Shown: positions 1 to 12,593 of the stretch, piece by piece | Layout: the number at the start of each line of letters is the position of its first letter | How positions within the stretch are numbered: position 1 is the first letter of the stretch | Origin: Azolla caroliniana | Lineage: Eukaryota > Plantae > Polypodiophyta | Direction of reading: 5' to 3' | Assembly: GCA_043228905.1 (NCBI GenBank) | Contig: JBHGNT010000004.1 | Span: 11,842,001 to 11,906,000 of the forward strand | Length of the DNA: 64,000 nucleotides | Notes under the pieces: model-generated | What the model saw: the letters and a program-made list of their open reading frames with translations, nothing else | Databases searched by the model: none | Told to the model about the DNA's origin: nothing | Program-made: the position numbers and the translations under genes

Positions 1-1753
1 GTGTCATCGAGCATTAACGCAGAGGTGCTTGAGGTACAGGCTGGTTGCCGAAACTGGGAGGAGTTCAAAGGGCGGCTCCTCGGGAGGTAGGGTTTGATGA
101 CTCGCTTCGGTTGTCGAAGTGGGAGTTCATGGAGTGGGTCGAGAGTCGGTCCTCCTCCAGGAGGAACACGTCGGTGCTCCTCCAGGAGTTCGAAAAACGG
201 TTCGCTCGGCTTTCAGCACTGGACCGAACCATGCTCGATACGAGTCGGGTCCTACTCTTCATCAAATCGGTGGACGCGCTTGACAGGGAAAAGGTGGGTC
301 TCCTGCTGGAGATGGATGAAGGGCTCTTGACAGATTGGTTCATGGTAAAATGGGTCTGTAGTTGTTTCGGCAAATGGCATGAGTGGAGTGACGTGGGTCC
401 GTTGGCCACAGGAAGAGGCTAGAAGAACCGATTCCGGCTAGGAAGAAAGAGACGCGAAGGTGGATCAAGTCCGGGACGGTTCCAACCAACGCGATCAAGG
501 GCACATCCAGGGGCACAACCCTTGAAGAACTGGCTAAGATAGTATGCGACCTCCAGGTCGCGCAAGCCCGGAGGGATAGTGGGGGACAGTCGTATGACCG
601 GAGGCCTCCGGTCGACCAACAATGCATGTGGCGTGATGCGATCGGCCACGCCTGGAGAGACTATCCGGATTTCGCCGAGGCGCTCAAGAGTAAAGTGGTG
701 TACCTGTGGAACGAGTGGGTGCACACATGCAAGACCCAGAAACCCTTGGAATTGAATACCGGTCGGGGCAGGATGAAGCAGTTAATGGAATAAGCTGCGG
801 CGCGACACGTCGAGGCCGTCCATTATTCGGCGTCGACGGTGCATAGGAAAGGTCGAAGCCGGTAGGTTACCGGCTGGGCACGGAAATAGAAAGAGCGAAG
901 GACTTGCGGAAAGTCCTCGAAGAATGGATCCTTGACAGTCGGGTGGAGCTGACTTTGAGGGAAGTACTAAGGATCGCCAAGAAGGAGTTCCACGACTCCA
1001 TCGTGGACTTGGTGAAGCGCAAGAGGCTCGCAACGGAGCCAGAGCCGGAGAACCCCATGGATGTATGAACGACGCGCTTGGATGACGCGGTCATGGAAGA
1101 TGAAGTGGTAGAGCCACTATTTGAAGCCGCACTTGGCAAGGGCAACTACGGAGACTCCCATTCAGATCGGGAACGTTAAGTAACCCGTGGTGGCGATAAT
1201 AGACCATGGGTTCGAAATCAACCTAATGTCCATGGATTTCTACAAGAAGGGGAAATGGCCGATCAATACCAAGCACAGTTGGACAATACGCACGACCATG
1301 CATGCTACGGAGGAACTACACGGGGCGTGCCCGAATGTACACGTGAAGATCAGTGATGTCGAGATTGATCAGCACTTTTTCGTGCTGGAGACCTCCTCAC
1401 ACCTAGTGATTCTCAGCGAACCATACATTACGGTAGCTCGTATGGAGACCAAAGTGTTGGACAAAAGTTCGGCGTATGCACAAGTGAAGGGCCAAGACGG
1501 GCGTCACTCCGTCCATTTTTTTACGGTGCGATCTAACCACAAGCGCAACCGTTGTTATACGTTTTTAGGGTTAGGGTTAATGATAATGATGATGATGATG
1601 ATTGATGATGAAGATAGACATGACGTAATAGTGAAAACGATGGAGAGTATAATGGTGAGAGAGATCATGAAGAACAAGACAAGCATTGAGGGGTGGGTGG
1701 TGGTGCCTAGAATGGCTCCACCCCCCTCCCAGGGGGGTTCAACGTAAGGGGGG

Positions 1754-1803
<50 letters not shown>

Positions 1804-1874
1804 TGTTGTTACCATACATCTCGTACGGTAACAACCGCAAGTCTCTCGACAGCAACGACTGAGAGGATTTTTAG
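1..1874 (+). pseudogene. Element A gag-protease ORF1 remnant, ending at G GAT TTT TAG
   Basis: ORFs 45-422 and 1187-1552 align with D gag/PR (e.g. YKKGKWPINTKH vs YKKGRWPINTNH). Many stops and frameshifts. Interrupted at 1553-1833. Confidence 0.85.
1553..1833. mobile_element. Small solo-LTR-like insertion (281 bp) with (ATG)n and (AG)n tracts
   Basis: Termini TGTTA...TAACA. 5-bp TSD ACCGT (1548-1552) / ACCGC (1834-1838). The A reading frame (HKRNR|KSL) resumes after it. Confidence 0.75.
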
Positions 1875-2154
1875 AGAGGGCTATCAAGGCATGGGGTCGC
1901 GAAAGTCCGGAGACCCCGAAGAAACCCCACACATGTACCATAGATAGGAAATTTTGGTTCTCCGACAACGAAGGTTGTACTATAATTGGCATCAGAGATC
2001 AAGAAAGGAAAAGGGTCAAAGAGCGTTTAAGGGTGTGTGGTGCCCTTAGCTTCGACGACAAGATCAGTGGTGCCGTGGAGGCGATCTCTTTCGATGACAC
2101 CCTTGAAGAGATCAGAAGGGTAGCCAATGAAGGCTTGAACAAAGACTGAGTAAT

Positions 2155-2565
2155 TGTCATGGACATGACAACAGTCATGTCATGATTCGAACTCTTGACC
2201 TATTGTATTTAATCGATATTTTTTAACCAATACATTCAATACATAATCATGTTGCCTTACTAGATTATTGTAGATTATCTATTCTACATGTAGGATTTTA
2301 GAAGCTTCCAGAAAGCTCCAGAAACTAGAACATTCTAGAAGCTTGTGCATGAAAATGAGTCTTTGCATGGGGCTACATTTAGAGCCCATAAACATGTATA
2401 AATACAGGGTTCACCTTGGCCTTAGTCAAGGTGAACAACACCAGTTACAGAATCATAATTTAGTTCTTGTTCTCTTGACTACTTTCTCTCTCTCTTTCTT
2501 ATTACCTTGCCTATGATCTCTCTCTCACTCTCTTAGTATTGAGCCTCGTCTACTTGTCCGTGACA
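2155..2565 (+). repeat. 5' LTR of B
   Basis: Direct repeat of 5383-5793. TATAAATA at 2397-2404. Confidence 0.95.
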
Positions 2566-2597
2566 GTTTGTTCACCTTCCATCTCCAAAGCCTCATC

Positions 2598-3635
2598 ATG
2601 TCAGATTCTACCGAGAACATAAATCAACTATTAGCGGCCATGCATCAACTTCAACTTGAAAATGAGAATCTTCGGGAATCTCTCCAGAAACTCCAAGCTA
2701 GGACTCCAATGGAATTGGAGAATGAAGAACCCAAGTGCCCTCCTACATCAAGGAATCTCCAATCTGTAGAGCTTGGCCCCTCGTCAATCCTCGCTCCAAT
2801 TCCTCTTCACCCCACTTCAACTATAGAACCCAATGTTAGTTTACCCAACAAGTTCGATGGCCCAAGGGCGCGATTCTAGGGGTTCATAAATCAGATCAAT
2901 CTTATTATCCGGTTGTACAACCCCAAAGATATGCGAATGATTTTTTCCGACTTGGCCTCGTTGGGACTCTCCTCTCGGGAGCTGCACAAAGCTAGTTTGC
3001 ACCTTTGGTCGAAACATCAATGCCACTTCTCGACAATTTTCCTGCTTTCCTAGAAGAGTTCGAGGCTACATTTGGGGATACGGATCGGCGTCAAACAAGC
3101 CTTACCAAAATCTATTCATTACATCAAGGTAAGCGTCCAGTGTCTATTTATGCATCTGAATTTAGACAATTGGCATGTGATGTTCAATGGGACGACCAAG
3201 CCCTTTGCGACCATTTTCGTCGGGGCCTTCGAAGGGATGTTAAGAATCTACTACTAAACTTCCCGGAGTTGACTTCATTATCGCAAGCCATCAAGCAAGC
3301 AGTTAATTATGACAACCGCCTTTTTGAACTTTGACAACAGGAATGGGCGACTTCCAAGTTGTCGCCCTTTCTCCACGTTAAATCTATGGTACAACCCCAA
3401 GTGACTACGAGATCTTCTCCAACAACATTGTTCAATCATCCAAATTGATCGAGCTCGAGCCTCACTCCCCATAGCTGAACGACACCATCGACGAACCAAT
3501 GGGCTATGTCTATACTACGGCGCCTCTACCCATCTAATTCGTTTTTGCCCACTCAAAAGCAATCTACGACAAGTCTATTGGGACAATCCAACTAGTGGAT
3601 CCCAACATTCGGAAAACGAAGATGTCCAACTATAG
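2598..3635 (+). pseudogene. B gag (retrotransposon capsid plus degenerate zinc knuckle)
   Basis: ORFs 2568-2879 and 3005-3334 (LPNKFDG, YASEFRQLA..W..F.RGL), homologous to C gag. Internal stops. Confidence 0.85.
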
Positions 3636-5371
3636 TAGGAGCCTTGCGGTTGGACAACAGACATACATGTTGCTCCCAAAGTTCTACTAACGACTTTTCC
3701 TTCGAGGTAACTCTCTATTTCCAATCTATTTCAATTCAATCCTTAGCGCTACTCGATTCCGGGGCCACGACGTGTTTTATGGACAAAACGTCCGTTCGTA
3801 AACCCAACTTTCCTGTTGTCCTCAAGTCCAACCCTATCCCAATCGAAGCTATCGATGGGCGAATGCTCTCCTTTGGCGCAGTCACCAAAGCCACAGTCCC
3901 CCTCATTTTGCAACTCGAGACCCATCAAGAGGTCACATCATTTTACCTCATCACTTCACTGCGGCATCCAATCATACTTGGGTTGTCTTGGTTGAAAGTG
4001 AATAACCCTATTCTAGATTGGCACAACCACTCACTTACTTTTCAACCGCAAACTCACATGGAGGTTGGAGCGGCTTCCAATGTCGTTGTGTCAGAATGGC
4101 CCGAATCGTTTTCTGTCGAGCACCCCGCCATTCAACTCAAACCAATGCACTTGAATGCTCATTCCCCATTCACAATGCACTCCATCTCAATGGGCAATGA
4201 TGCACAGTCGAGTACCCCAGCTTTGGTTCCTATGAAAGCCAATCTGGACTCGCTTCCATCCAAATATGATGACTTTGCTGATATGTTCGAGAAGAAGAAT
4301 GCAGATCACTTACAGGAGCATCGACCATATGATTGTCCGATCGATCTACAAGAGGGCACATCTCCACCCTTTGGGCCCATTTATGGTCTCTCTGAACCAG
4401 AACTAGAGGCTCTTCGCACATATCTTGATGAAAATTTGGAGAAGGGCTTCATCCAACCATCTATGTCACCATCTAGGGCCCCCATCTTGTTTGTGAAGAA
4501 AAAGGATGGATCGTTGCGTCTATGTGTGGATTACCGTGGCCTCAATAAGATCACAGTACGTAATCGATACCCTTTACCTCTCATCCCAGAGCTCCTCGAT
4601 CGCCTTCGTTGTGCACAACAATAACTTCGATGCTCGCTTAGCTACCAGAAAGATGATTGGGTTGACCTCCCATCCTTGGCAGAGTTCACATATAATAATA
4701 CGCTACATGGTTCAACTGGGGTCACCCCATTTTTCGCCAACTATGGTTTACATCCTCACTTCAGTATTTCCATCCCTGGCAACTCTGTCAACCCGTCAGC
4801 GGAAGGTCGTGCTCATATTTTAGCCGACATTCATCAAGACCTCTCCCTCGAACTCATCCTTGCAAGGGACCGGTATAAAGCGCAAGCTGGTCGACATCGT
4901 TCTGCTACACCCGCCTTTGCAGTTGGTGATCAAGTTTGGCTCTTATGTCGCCATGTCGATACTACTCGACCTTGCGGCAAGTTCGATTACAAGAAGTTGG
5001 GGCCTTTCCACATCATTGAGTGTGTCAATCCCGTCACTTTCCGACTGGAACTTCCTCCACATTTCCGGATTCATAATGTCTTCCATGTCTCTCTTCTCGA
5101 ACCTTATCATCCATCCACTATTCCTGGAAGACACTCTCCACCTCCACCTCTAATTGAGCTTTCCACAGGTGAGGAGTATGAGGTGGACAAGATTCTGGAC
5201 TCTCGTTGGCATCACCGACAACTTCAATACTTAGTCCTATGGAAAGGGTATCCCATTTCAGAGGCAACTTGGGAACCATCCCAACACTTGGAGAATGCAT
5301 CGGATGTTGTTCATGCATTTCATCACCAATATCCACAAAAACCGGGGGGCCATCTTCGGAGGTGGCCTTAG
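3611..5371 (+). pseudogene. B pol remnant: protease, RT N-terminus, integrase C-terminus plus chromodomain
   Basis: ORFs 3644-4624 and 4676-5371. Most of RT, RNase H and the IN core are missing relative to C. Confidence 0.88.
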
Positions 5372-5382
5372 TAGGGTGATAA

Positions 5383-5793
5383 TGTCATGGACATGACAAC
5401 AGTCATGTCATGATTTGAACTCTTGACCTATTGTATTTAATCGATATGTTTTAACCAATACATCCAATACATAATCATGTTAACTTACTAGATTATTGTA
5501 GATTTTCTATTCTACATGTAGAATTTTAGAAGCTTCCAAAAAGCTCCAGAAGCTAGAACATTCTAGAAGCTTGTGCATGAAAATGAGTCTTTGCATGGGG
5601 CTACATTTAGAGCCCATAAACATGTATAAATACAGGGTTCACCTTGGCCTTAGTCAAGGTGAACAACACCAGTTACAGAATCATAATTTAGTTCTTGTTC
5701 TCTTGACTACTTTCTCTCTCTCTTTCTTATTATCTTGTCTATGATCTCTCTCTCACTCTCTTAGTATTGAGCCTCGTCTACTTGTCTGTGACA
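5383..5793 (+). repeat. 3' LTR of B
   Basis: Direct repeat of 2155-2565, followed by TSD GTAAT. Confidence 0.95.
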
Positions 5794-5904
5794 GTAATTC
5801 CGGTCAATTCCATGGAAATGTACAAAGTCATCGCAGACTTCAGAGGGATGATTGGGTCGGAGAAGACGGCCCAGGTTGACACCAAGTACAAGACTATGGA
5901 CCGG

Positions 5905-7242
5905 TGTCGTGATGTGGCGTGCTCGAGTGTGGGAAAAACCGGCAAAAGGGGGGTCAAAATGTGCATGTGCAATGTGTGTGCACACAAAGGCAATTAGTTG
6001 TGCACATACAAAAGAAAAGGGAAAAAGAAGGGTGAAAAGGAGGTATAGGGTTTCATGTAAAATGTAAGAGAGAGGAGAGGTGAAAAGTAGGGAGGAGAGA
6101 GAGTATGGTTTTCTAGTTGTTTACTTATTACAAAATAATAGGAAGTGAAAGGGCTAGTGGATAGATGTACTATCCCCTAACTTAAGGTACATGGTTTGAG
6201 TCCAAGTAGAGGGTGCAACGTGATTTAAGGAATTTTATTCCTTTTGTATTGAAGGGACTACGTGGGGAACTCTTTCCTTTTTTAGCTATAAAAAAAAGGT
6301 CGAGAGGGGCTCATGTGGGTCGGCCATTTTGGGGTTTGAGAGGTAGTTAGGGTTTGGGGAATGATCTTCTTCTCTTCAATTTCTAGGGTTTTGGGTTTTA
6401 GGGTTTTCTTGTTTACTTAGACCTCTACCTTCTCTTGGGTTTTGGGTGAATGAGTTCTTTCTCGTCTTCTTCTAGCTAGGGTTTAGGGTTTAGGGTTTCA
6501 ATACTTCTTCTTTTCGTGCTCATTTGTTCTTATGGGTTCTTGATCTCTCTCATTCACATTCTCATCTTGAGGTGTGTCTGTGTCCTTGTGATGGTGTTGG
6601 TGCTCGTGAGCCCGAGGCTCGTTGGTCCGGCGTAGCTTCACTCTGTTCGTCGTTGCAAGCCCATGTGCTCGTCATTCGGGTGGTTCTCGGTCCATGGTTT
6701 TGGTGCCCCGCGTTCTTCGTTGCGAGTCCGTGAGCTCGTCGTTCGCGTGGTTCGAGGTTTATGGTTTTGGTGTCGTCGGCTCTCGTGGTACATGGTTCTC
6801 GGTTGTATTCGAGATTATGCTTGGTGTGCTCGTCTTTCGTGGTCATCGTCGTCACGAATTCCCATTTCCGTCCCTCTCCATTGTAATCAAACCTTGTTTT
6901 ATAAAGGGCTTTCACTTTGAGATGGTCACCATTTTGTTGTTTTGGGTAGACCATTAGGATTTCATTCTTCTCCTACTTTACTATTCAGTTAGGGTTTCGT
7001 CTAGTTATGCTTGAGCCGGCGTAAATGGCCGCGATTGTAAATCATTGTGTCTTGCTAATGGAATTTGCTTGGTGAAACTTGGCTCGCTCTAGCCCATTCT
7101 CTTGTCAATCTTCACGCCTTGTTCTTCCTCTTTTGTGCTTGAAAGCTAGTAAGGGTTAAGCTCCCACTTCCCCTCTTACTCCCTAGTTCAAGACCCCAAT
7201 GGTCCCGCCTAATCTTACACGCAAGCGCGGATTTCCGCGACA
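5905..7242 (+). mobile_element. Solo LTR of the A/D-type gypsy family (1338 bp)
   Basis: TGTCG..CGACA termini. 4-bp TSD CCGG (5901-5904 / 7243-7246). Removing it restores A pol (MDR|KVRP). U5 end GATTTCCGCGACA is shared with 36733-37581. Confidence 0.9.
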
Positions 7243-10200
7243 CCGGAAGGTGAGGCCAGTCGCGGGTCCCTTGCCGAAGGGCAACGAGGAGCGAATGAAG
7301 GGGGTCGTGTCAGACCCAAGTTTGCGGAATCCGGTTGGCATAGGGCACCGATTCATCGATGAGACGCTACGGGAGCTGAAGATCAGTCGAGATGGCTTCC
7401 TACTGCCAACGGAAGAGGACCGGTTTCGGAGGATGCTCGAAAGGCACAGGAAGGCCTTCGCATTCTCGCCGGAGGAGATCGGGTGCGTCGACCCAACATT
7501 CATGGAGCCGATGTTTATCTTCACGGTGCCGCATGTGCCGTGGAACCTCAAACCGATTCCAATACCAAGAGCTCACATCATAAGTTGATGGATCTGCTGA
7601 AGCAGAAGGTGGAGATGGGCATCCTCAAGCCATCGAGTGCCCCCTATTCAAATCTGTGGTTTACGGTGCCGAAAAAGAACGACACATTGCGCTTCATTCA
7701 GGACCTGCAGCCAGTCAATAAAGTGACCATTCAGAACGTAGGAATCGGGCCAACCATCGATGAGTTCGCGGAGGCCTTCGCTGGAAGGTCGATCTACTCA
7801 GTTGGAGATTTGTACTCAGGATACGATCAATTCCAACTTGTTGTACAGAGTAGGGATATCACGATGATGCGGACCCCTCTCGGCTTACTGCGAATGTGTA
7901 CCCTGCCACAAGGAGGGACCAACTCGGTGGCACACATGGTGAACGCAATGAACAAAGTGTTGAGGGACTGCATCCCGGACATCACCATGTCATTTTTGGA
8001 TGACATCCTGATCAAGGGATGCCCGATGGAGCAGGCAGACGAATCGGTCGAACCGGACAGATGCCAGAAGTTTGTGCAGGATCATATCAACAATTGCGAA
8101 AAGGTATTGCAAAGGCTCCAAGGCGCTCGGCTTACCTTCTCCGGAGAGAAGTCGGCTTTCGGGCAATCCGAAATCCTGGTGGTTGGGCACTTGTGTGGGC
8201 CGTATGGCCAGAAACCGTCTCTGGCGAAGGTCGAAGCCATATCCGCGATGAAAGAAGAATGCAAGTCGGTCACGGAGGTCCGGAGGTTCCTGGGAGCGAG
8301 CGCATTTTACCATATCTGGATTCCGCATTACGCACATGTCGTGGAACCACTCTACAGCCTCCTGAAGAAAGGGCGTAAATTTGAATGGAACGAGGAGCAC
8401 TCGGAGTCGATCCGGAGGCTTAAGGGGACGTTGGCTATGGCACCGACCCTCCGGAAGGCGGTTTACGGGAAGGGTACCCCGGTTTATGTGACGGTGGATA
8501 CGAGTCCGACCAGGATCGGATGGGTGGTCAATCAGGAAGGCAAGGATGACGTAAGGTTCCCCATCCGATTTGGAGCGAAAGTGTTGAGTGAGTGGCAACG
8601 AGGATACACCGAGGTTAAACACGAGCTTTGGGGTATCGTTTTGGCGGTCAAGACCGACAAGGAACATTTGATCGGGACAGAGGTAGTAATTGAGACGGAC
8701 TGCCTGCCAATCCTTGGTATGGTTTCCAGATGCGCGACTCCGAACCTGGCTATGCTTAGGTGGATCGCGTACACGAAGATTCGACACATCTCCAGCAAAG
8801 ATAACACCATGGCCGATATGCTTTCAAGAGCGCGGTTTCACGACAAGGACGACATGGTTTCGGAACACTAAGAAGTCGGCGTGGACTTCTTCGAGTCAGC
8901 TCGTGTAACAACAAGGGAGGGGAGCGCTTCGACATTGAACGAGTACGAAGGGGAGTAGCTCCAAATAGACAGATTCTTGAGGACATTGACGCCGGACGCG
9001 GCATGGACAAGGGATGAGGTGAACAGGATGCAGAAGAAGGCGTATCGGTTCTTCTTGCGGAATGGGAGTATATGGAGGCATCCCAAGAAGCGTAACGGCA
9101 TTCCGCTCCGCGTAGTGATAAGAAGGGAAGAGCAGACGGCACTGTTGTCAGCGTACCACGAGAGCCCTTGGGCCAGACACCACGGAATGTGGGCCATGTT
9201 CGAGAAGTTGAAGGCAAAATATTGGTGGCCAAGGATTTACCGTGACATGCACCGATTAGTGACAACCTGCGAAAGCTGCCAGATGTATTCCGCGATCCAG
9301 CACAAAGACGAGCTGCACTCGACCTACCCGCCGACTGTCCATTTCAAATGGATGGTGGATTTAGTGACAATGCTGATGGGGTGGGGCAGATGCGGTACCT
9401 GGTGCTTGCGTGAGAGGACCTGATGAACCAGGTGGAGGGTCGTGCACTGCAGAACAAAACTACCGCGGTCGTATGTCAGTTCTTTATCGAAGAAGTGGTT
9501 TGCCACTATGGGTGCGTAGGGAATATCGTGGCCGACTAGGGAGAGTTGGACGTGCAGGAAACCGAAGAACTGTTCGGCCGGTTAGGGGTAAAGCTCTCTC
9601 TCACCACCGCGTAAAATCCGGAGGCGAACGGGAAGGTGGAGCGCGGGCATGGGCCTATCGTGAAGGCATTAGTACGGGCATGCGAAGGGCAAGTCGGGAA
9701 TTGGCCACGGCTCCTACCTTACACATTGTAGGCGGACCGAACTACGCACAGTTCAGGACCGGGTTCATGCCAACAGAGCTCATGTATGGGCAGAACCCAA
9801 TCATGCCGATGGAGCAAACAATCTCTTCATGGGTGGCGATCAATTGGACGGACAAAATGAGTAGGGATGGGCTATTAGCGGCGTGGAGGACGCGGAGCAG
9901 GCAAAGGCGAAATTGTGCGCAGCACGGGAAAAGAACAACGACCGGTTCAACCGAACACACCGGCTGAGGCCGAATAAGATCGAGGAATGCGACTGGGTGT
10001 TGGTTTACGATAGCAGCCTCGACAACCAACATAAGGCGACATGGAAATTCGCAAGGAGATGGTTCGGGCCCTACATGGTGACAAGCGCGAACGACAACGC
10101 CACGTACCATCTCGCGGAGCTCGACGGAACACGGATAGCGGTACCGGTCACGGGAAAGAGGATCAAGGCGTTCAAGAAGTGGTACGAGGACGAGCCGGAC

Positions 10201-10360
10201 CCGGATTGCGTGGACAAGAGTGACGACCCGGAAAGAACGGACGAAGATGAGGGAGTCGACGGATTAGAGGACGACGAGTGACAAACGGTCGGTTTTCCCC
10301 ATCTCTCTCTCTCTCTCTCTGGGGCACATACCGGTGGATGTGCGGTTTGGTGGGGGCGGA

Positions 10361-11062
10361 TGTCGTGGGGAATTCCGGTCACAAGGAGAAAAGGGACCAG
10401 AGAGGCGTGCACGGACGCACGTGAAAATAAATTGTGCACTTGCAATTAACATAGAACTAGGCTAGGTCAGCGCGATGTATAAAACTTTAATGGGGCAAAT
10501 TAAATAAGGGAATAAATCTAGGCGAATCTCTGTCCGAGATGGCATAGATTAATTACTTGATGTAACAACCCTCTCCCTCCTTGGTCTATAAAAGGAGGTA
10601 GAGAGGACCGAGTTAGGGATTGCGCATTTAGGGAGAACGAAGTGATGTCGGACTAGGAACCGAGCGCCTATTCTCTGTAGTCTCTGCATTTTTTTTCTGT
10701 TTGTTTCCTCTTAGGTCGGACGCCTCTGCTCGCGTAGGAAGCTCGTGTTCTCTCGGTAGAGGCTCCATATTGTACTTCGGCGATTGGTGTGTGTGGTTTG
10801 CTCGATGAGATCGTAGCTCGGCTACCGGCCGAGCCGGTTGTAACTTCTTTGCCTTCTAATTGAAATGTTGTTGTGCGTTTCTTGTTGATCATCTAGCGTG
10901 TTGTTCCAATCCCAGCCGGGCCGTTTGTGCCCTGTGCATCTCGACACCTAACGCCCCACGCACCCTCTATCTATCTTCTTCTTCTTCTTCTTCTTGAACT
11001 CTTCGGTCCGAGGCCCCCGTGGTCCCACCTAGCTTCGCACACGCACGCGTAGTTACGCGACA
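10361..11062 (+). repeat. 3' LTR of element A (702 bp)
   Basis: Follows the G-rich PPT. TGTCG..CGCGACA termini. TATAAAAG at about 10587. Confidence 0.85.
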
Positions 11063-12532
11063 TTAATGGTACGTATGGTTCAGACTATGGGACTCATGGA
11101 TCATTTAAAATTTGAGTGTTTTTTTGACTCCTTATGTCCTTGTTGCAAATGAAACTAATCATTCTTCACATCGATCACTAAGGAATATTCCCTATAAATT
11201 ATATAGAGATTACTAAACCAACACTTGCATTAATGGTTTCTTATGTAACAACACTAAATCAACACATGTGTTGGTATTATAGTTTCTCTAGTTTTAATTC
11301 ACAATTGTCGGTAGTCGCATTAGTAAAAGGAATTGTGATCCTAGACTCCTATGGAAGCAAGAATGACCAACCAAAATTTTAAAACGTGCACGAACAGAAC
11401 ATATGTCTGAAAGTATCTCGTTGTGTCTTTCATATAATGGAAGATCGCAAAGGTATTAAAAAAGCTTGCTCTTTCAAATATTTATTGATTACATCTCCTT
11501 TTAACCAATAACTAAAGTTTAATTCACTCAATAAATAACAAAACCATGAAAGATGTGTTTAAATGCTTTTATGAGACCCATGCTTGTTTACATAACTACT
11601 CCTACTACTATGCATGTCACGCATAGACAGGCTTATGCTCCTTTATAGAACTACTCCAATGTTAGCCACAATACACAAAACAAATTTTTGGTATATCAAT
11701 TGAAACTCGACAAATGTGTAATTATAACAAAGTGAGGTAGTATAACGATGTTCATTCATGATTCCATAGTAGTGCATTCATATAATAGATCATGTTTCTT
11801 ACATGATAAAGCATCACATTCACGTGTTTGAATGATAAAATAATATAGGACAAGACAAGCACAATGCTTTTGTCACCAAGACAAAACAAAAGCGAACACT
11901 TATTTATCTCAAATTTACAAAGGAACACACATGTCTTAGATGTAAATTACAAACCGCGAGGAGGACCTCCCCATAAGTATGAACATGCATGAAAGAAGGG
12001 TAATGTGGGCACTCATTATACTAGCCTCATGAGCATATGGATACAACATATACTGTGATAATGTCAACTTCATTGGTGATGTGAGAAACCATGATCTCAT
12101 AAGTTCCAAGAGGGAGGGCGTCAGAGGTGCGTGGAATAATACTCGTGAAACCCTATACAACATACACATCACATGTGTATGGCCATTTAGACTAGCTAGG
12201 TGTTGAGGACCCTCATTTGTTGGCACTAGAATGAGTGAAAATTATACTAAAATGAGACAGGAAGAAGCAAATAATTTGGTTCCTGAGGCATATACACGGG
12301 CATAGTTGTGTATTACAATCGACAAAAAACCATGATAAATGTATGAATATGCATCCACTAATACCAAATGTATAACGAGAAGTTATTTGGACCCAGGATT
12401 ATCATATATATATACGGGATTATCATACATATATACATACATACATCAGCCTCCCCTTTCCTTACCTGCAATAAAACAAACTAACAAAAATCATCCATCC
12501 ATCCAAGCATATGTATACATATATACATCATC

Positions 12533-12537
<5 letters not shown>

Positions 12538-12592
<55 letters not shown>
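12538..12592. repeat. (CT)n-(AC)n compound microsatellite upstream of PEAMT
   Basis: Directly visible. Confidence 0.9.

Positions 12593-12593
<1 letters not shown>

Larger units (their letters stand above)
2155..5793 (+). mobile_element. Chromovirus (Tf1/Tcn1-like Ty3/gypsy) 'B', internally deleted and non-autonomous
   Basis: 411-bp LTRs 2155-2565 and 5383-5793 (TGTCA..TGACA, about 97% identical by eye). TSD GTAAT (2150-2154 / 5794-5798). Gag, PR (LLDSGA), RT start fused to IN C-terminus at about 4620, chromodomain (EYEVDKILDS..YLVLWKGY..ATWEP). Confidence 0.95.
1865..10281 (+). pseudogene. Element A pol (RT-RNaseH-IN) remnant, split by element B and a solo LTR
   Basis: The -1 frame is open from slippery GGATTTT (1865-1871). 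It continues across the insertions (VIPVNSMEMY..TKYKTMDR|KVRPVA). RT/RH ORF 7483-8871. IN fragments 8977-10281. Confidence 0.88.
1..11062 (+). mobile_element. Ty3/gypsy non-chromovirus LTR retrotransposon 'A' (5' end outside window), decayed, with three nested insertions
   Basis: Domain order is gag remnant, protease (IIDHGFEINLM, 1187-), RT (DLYSGYDQF, LPQG, FLDD; ORF 7483-8871), RNase H (VTVDTS..ETDC), integrase (8977-10281), PPT GGTGGGGGCGGA, then a 3' LTR. Collinear with element D throughout. Confidence 0.93.

Noticed and set aside
1987-1997. TGGCATCAGAG resembling a tRNA-iMet PBS
   Set aside because: It lies within A's open pol frame (TIIGIRDQ). The nearby insertion ends at 1833 with a TSD, so no LTR precedes it.
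6345-6500. Interstitial telomere (TTTAGGG)
   Set aside because: Only 1-3 units, inside a solo LTR. These are ordinary telo-box-like motifs.
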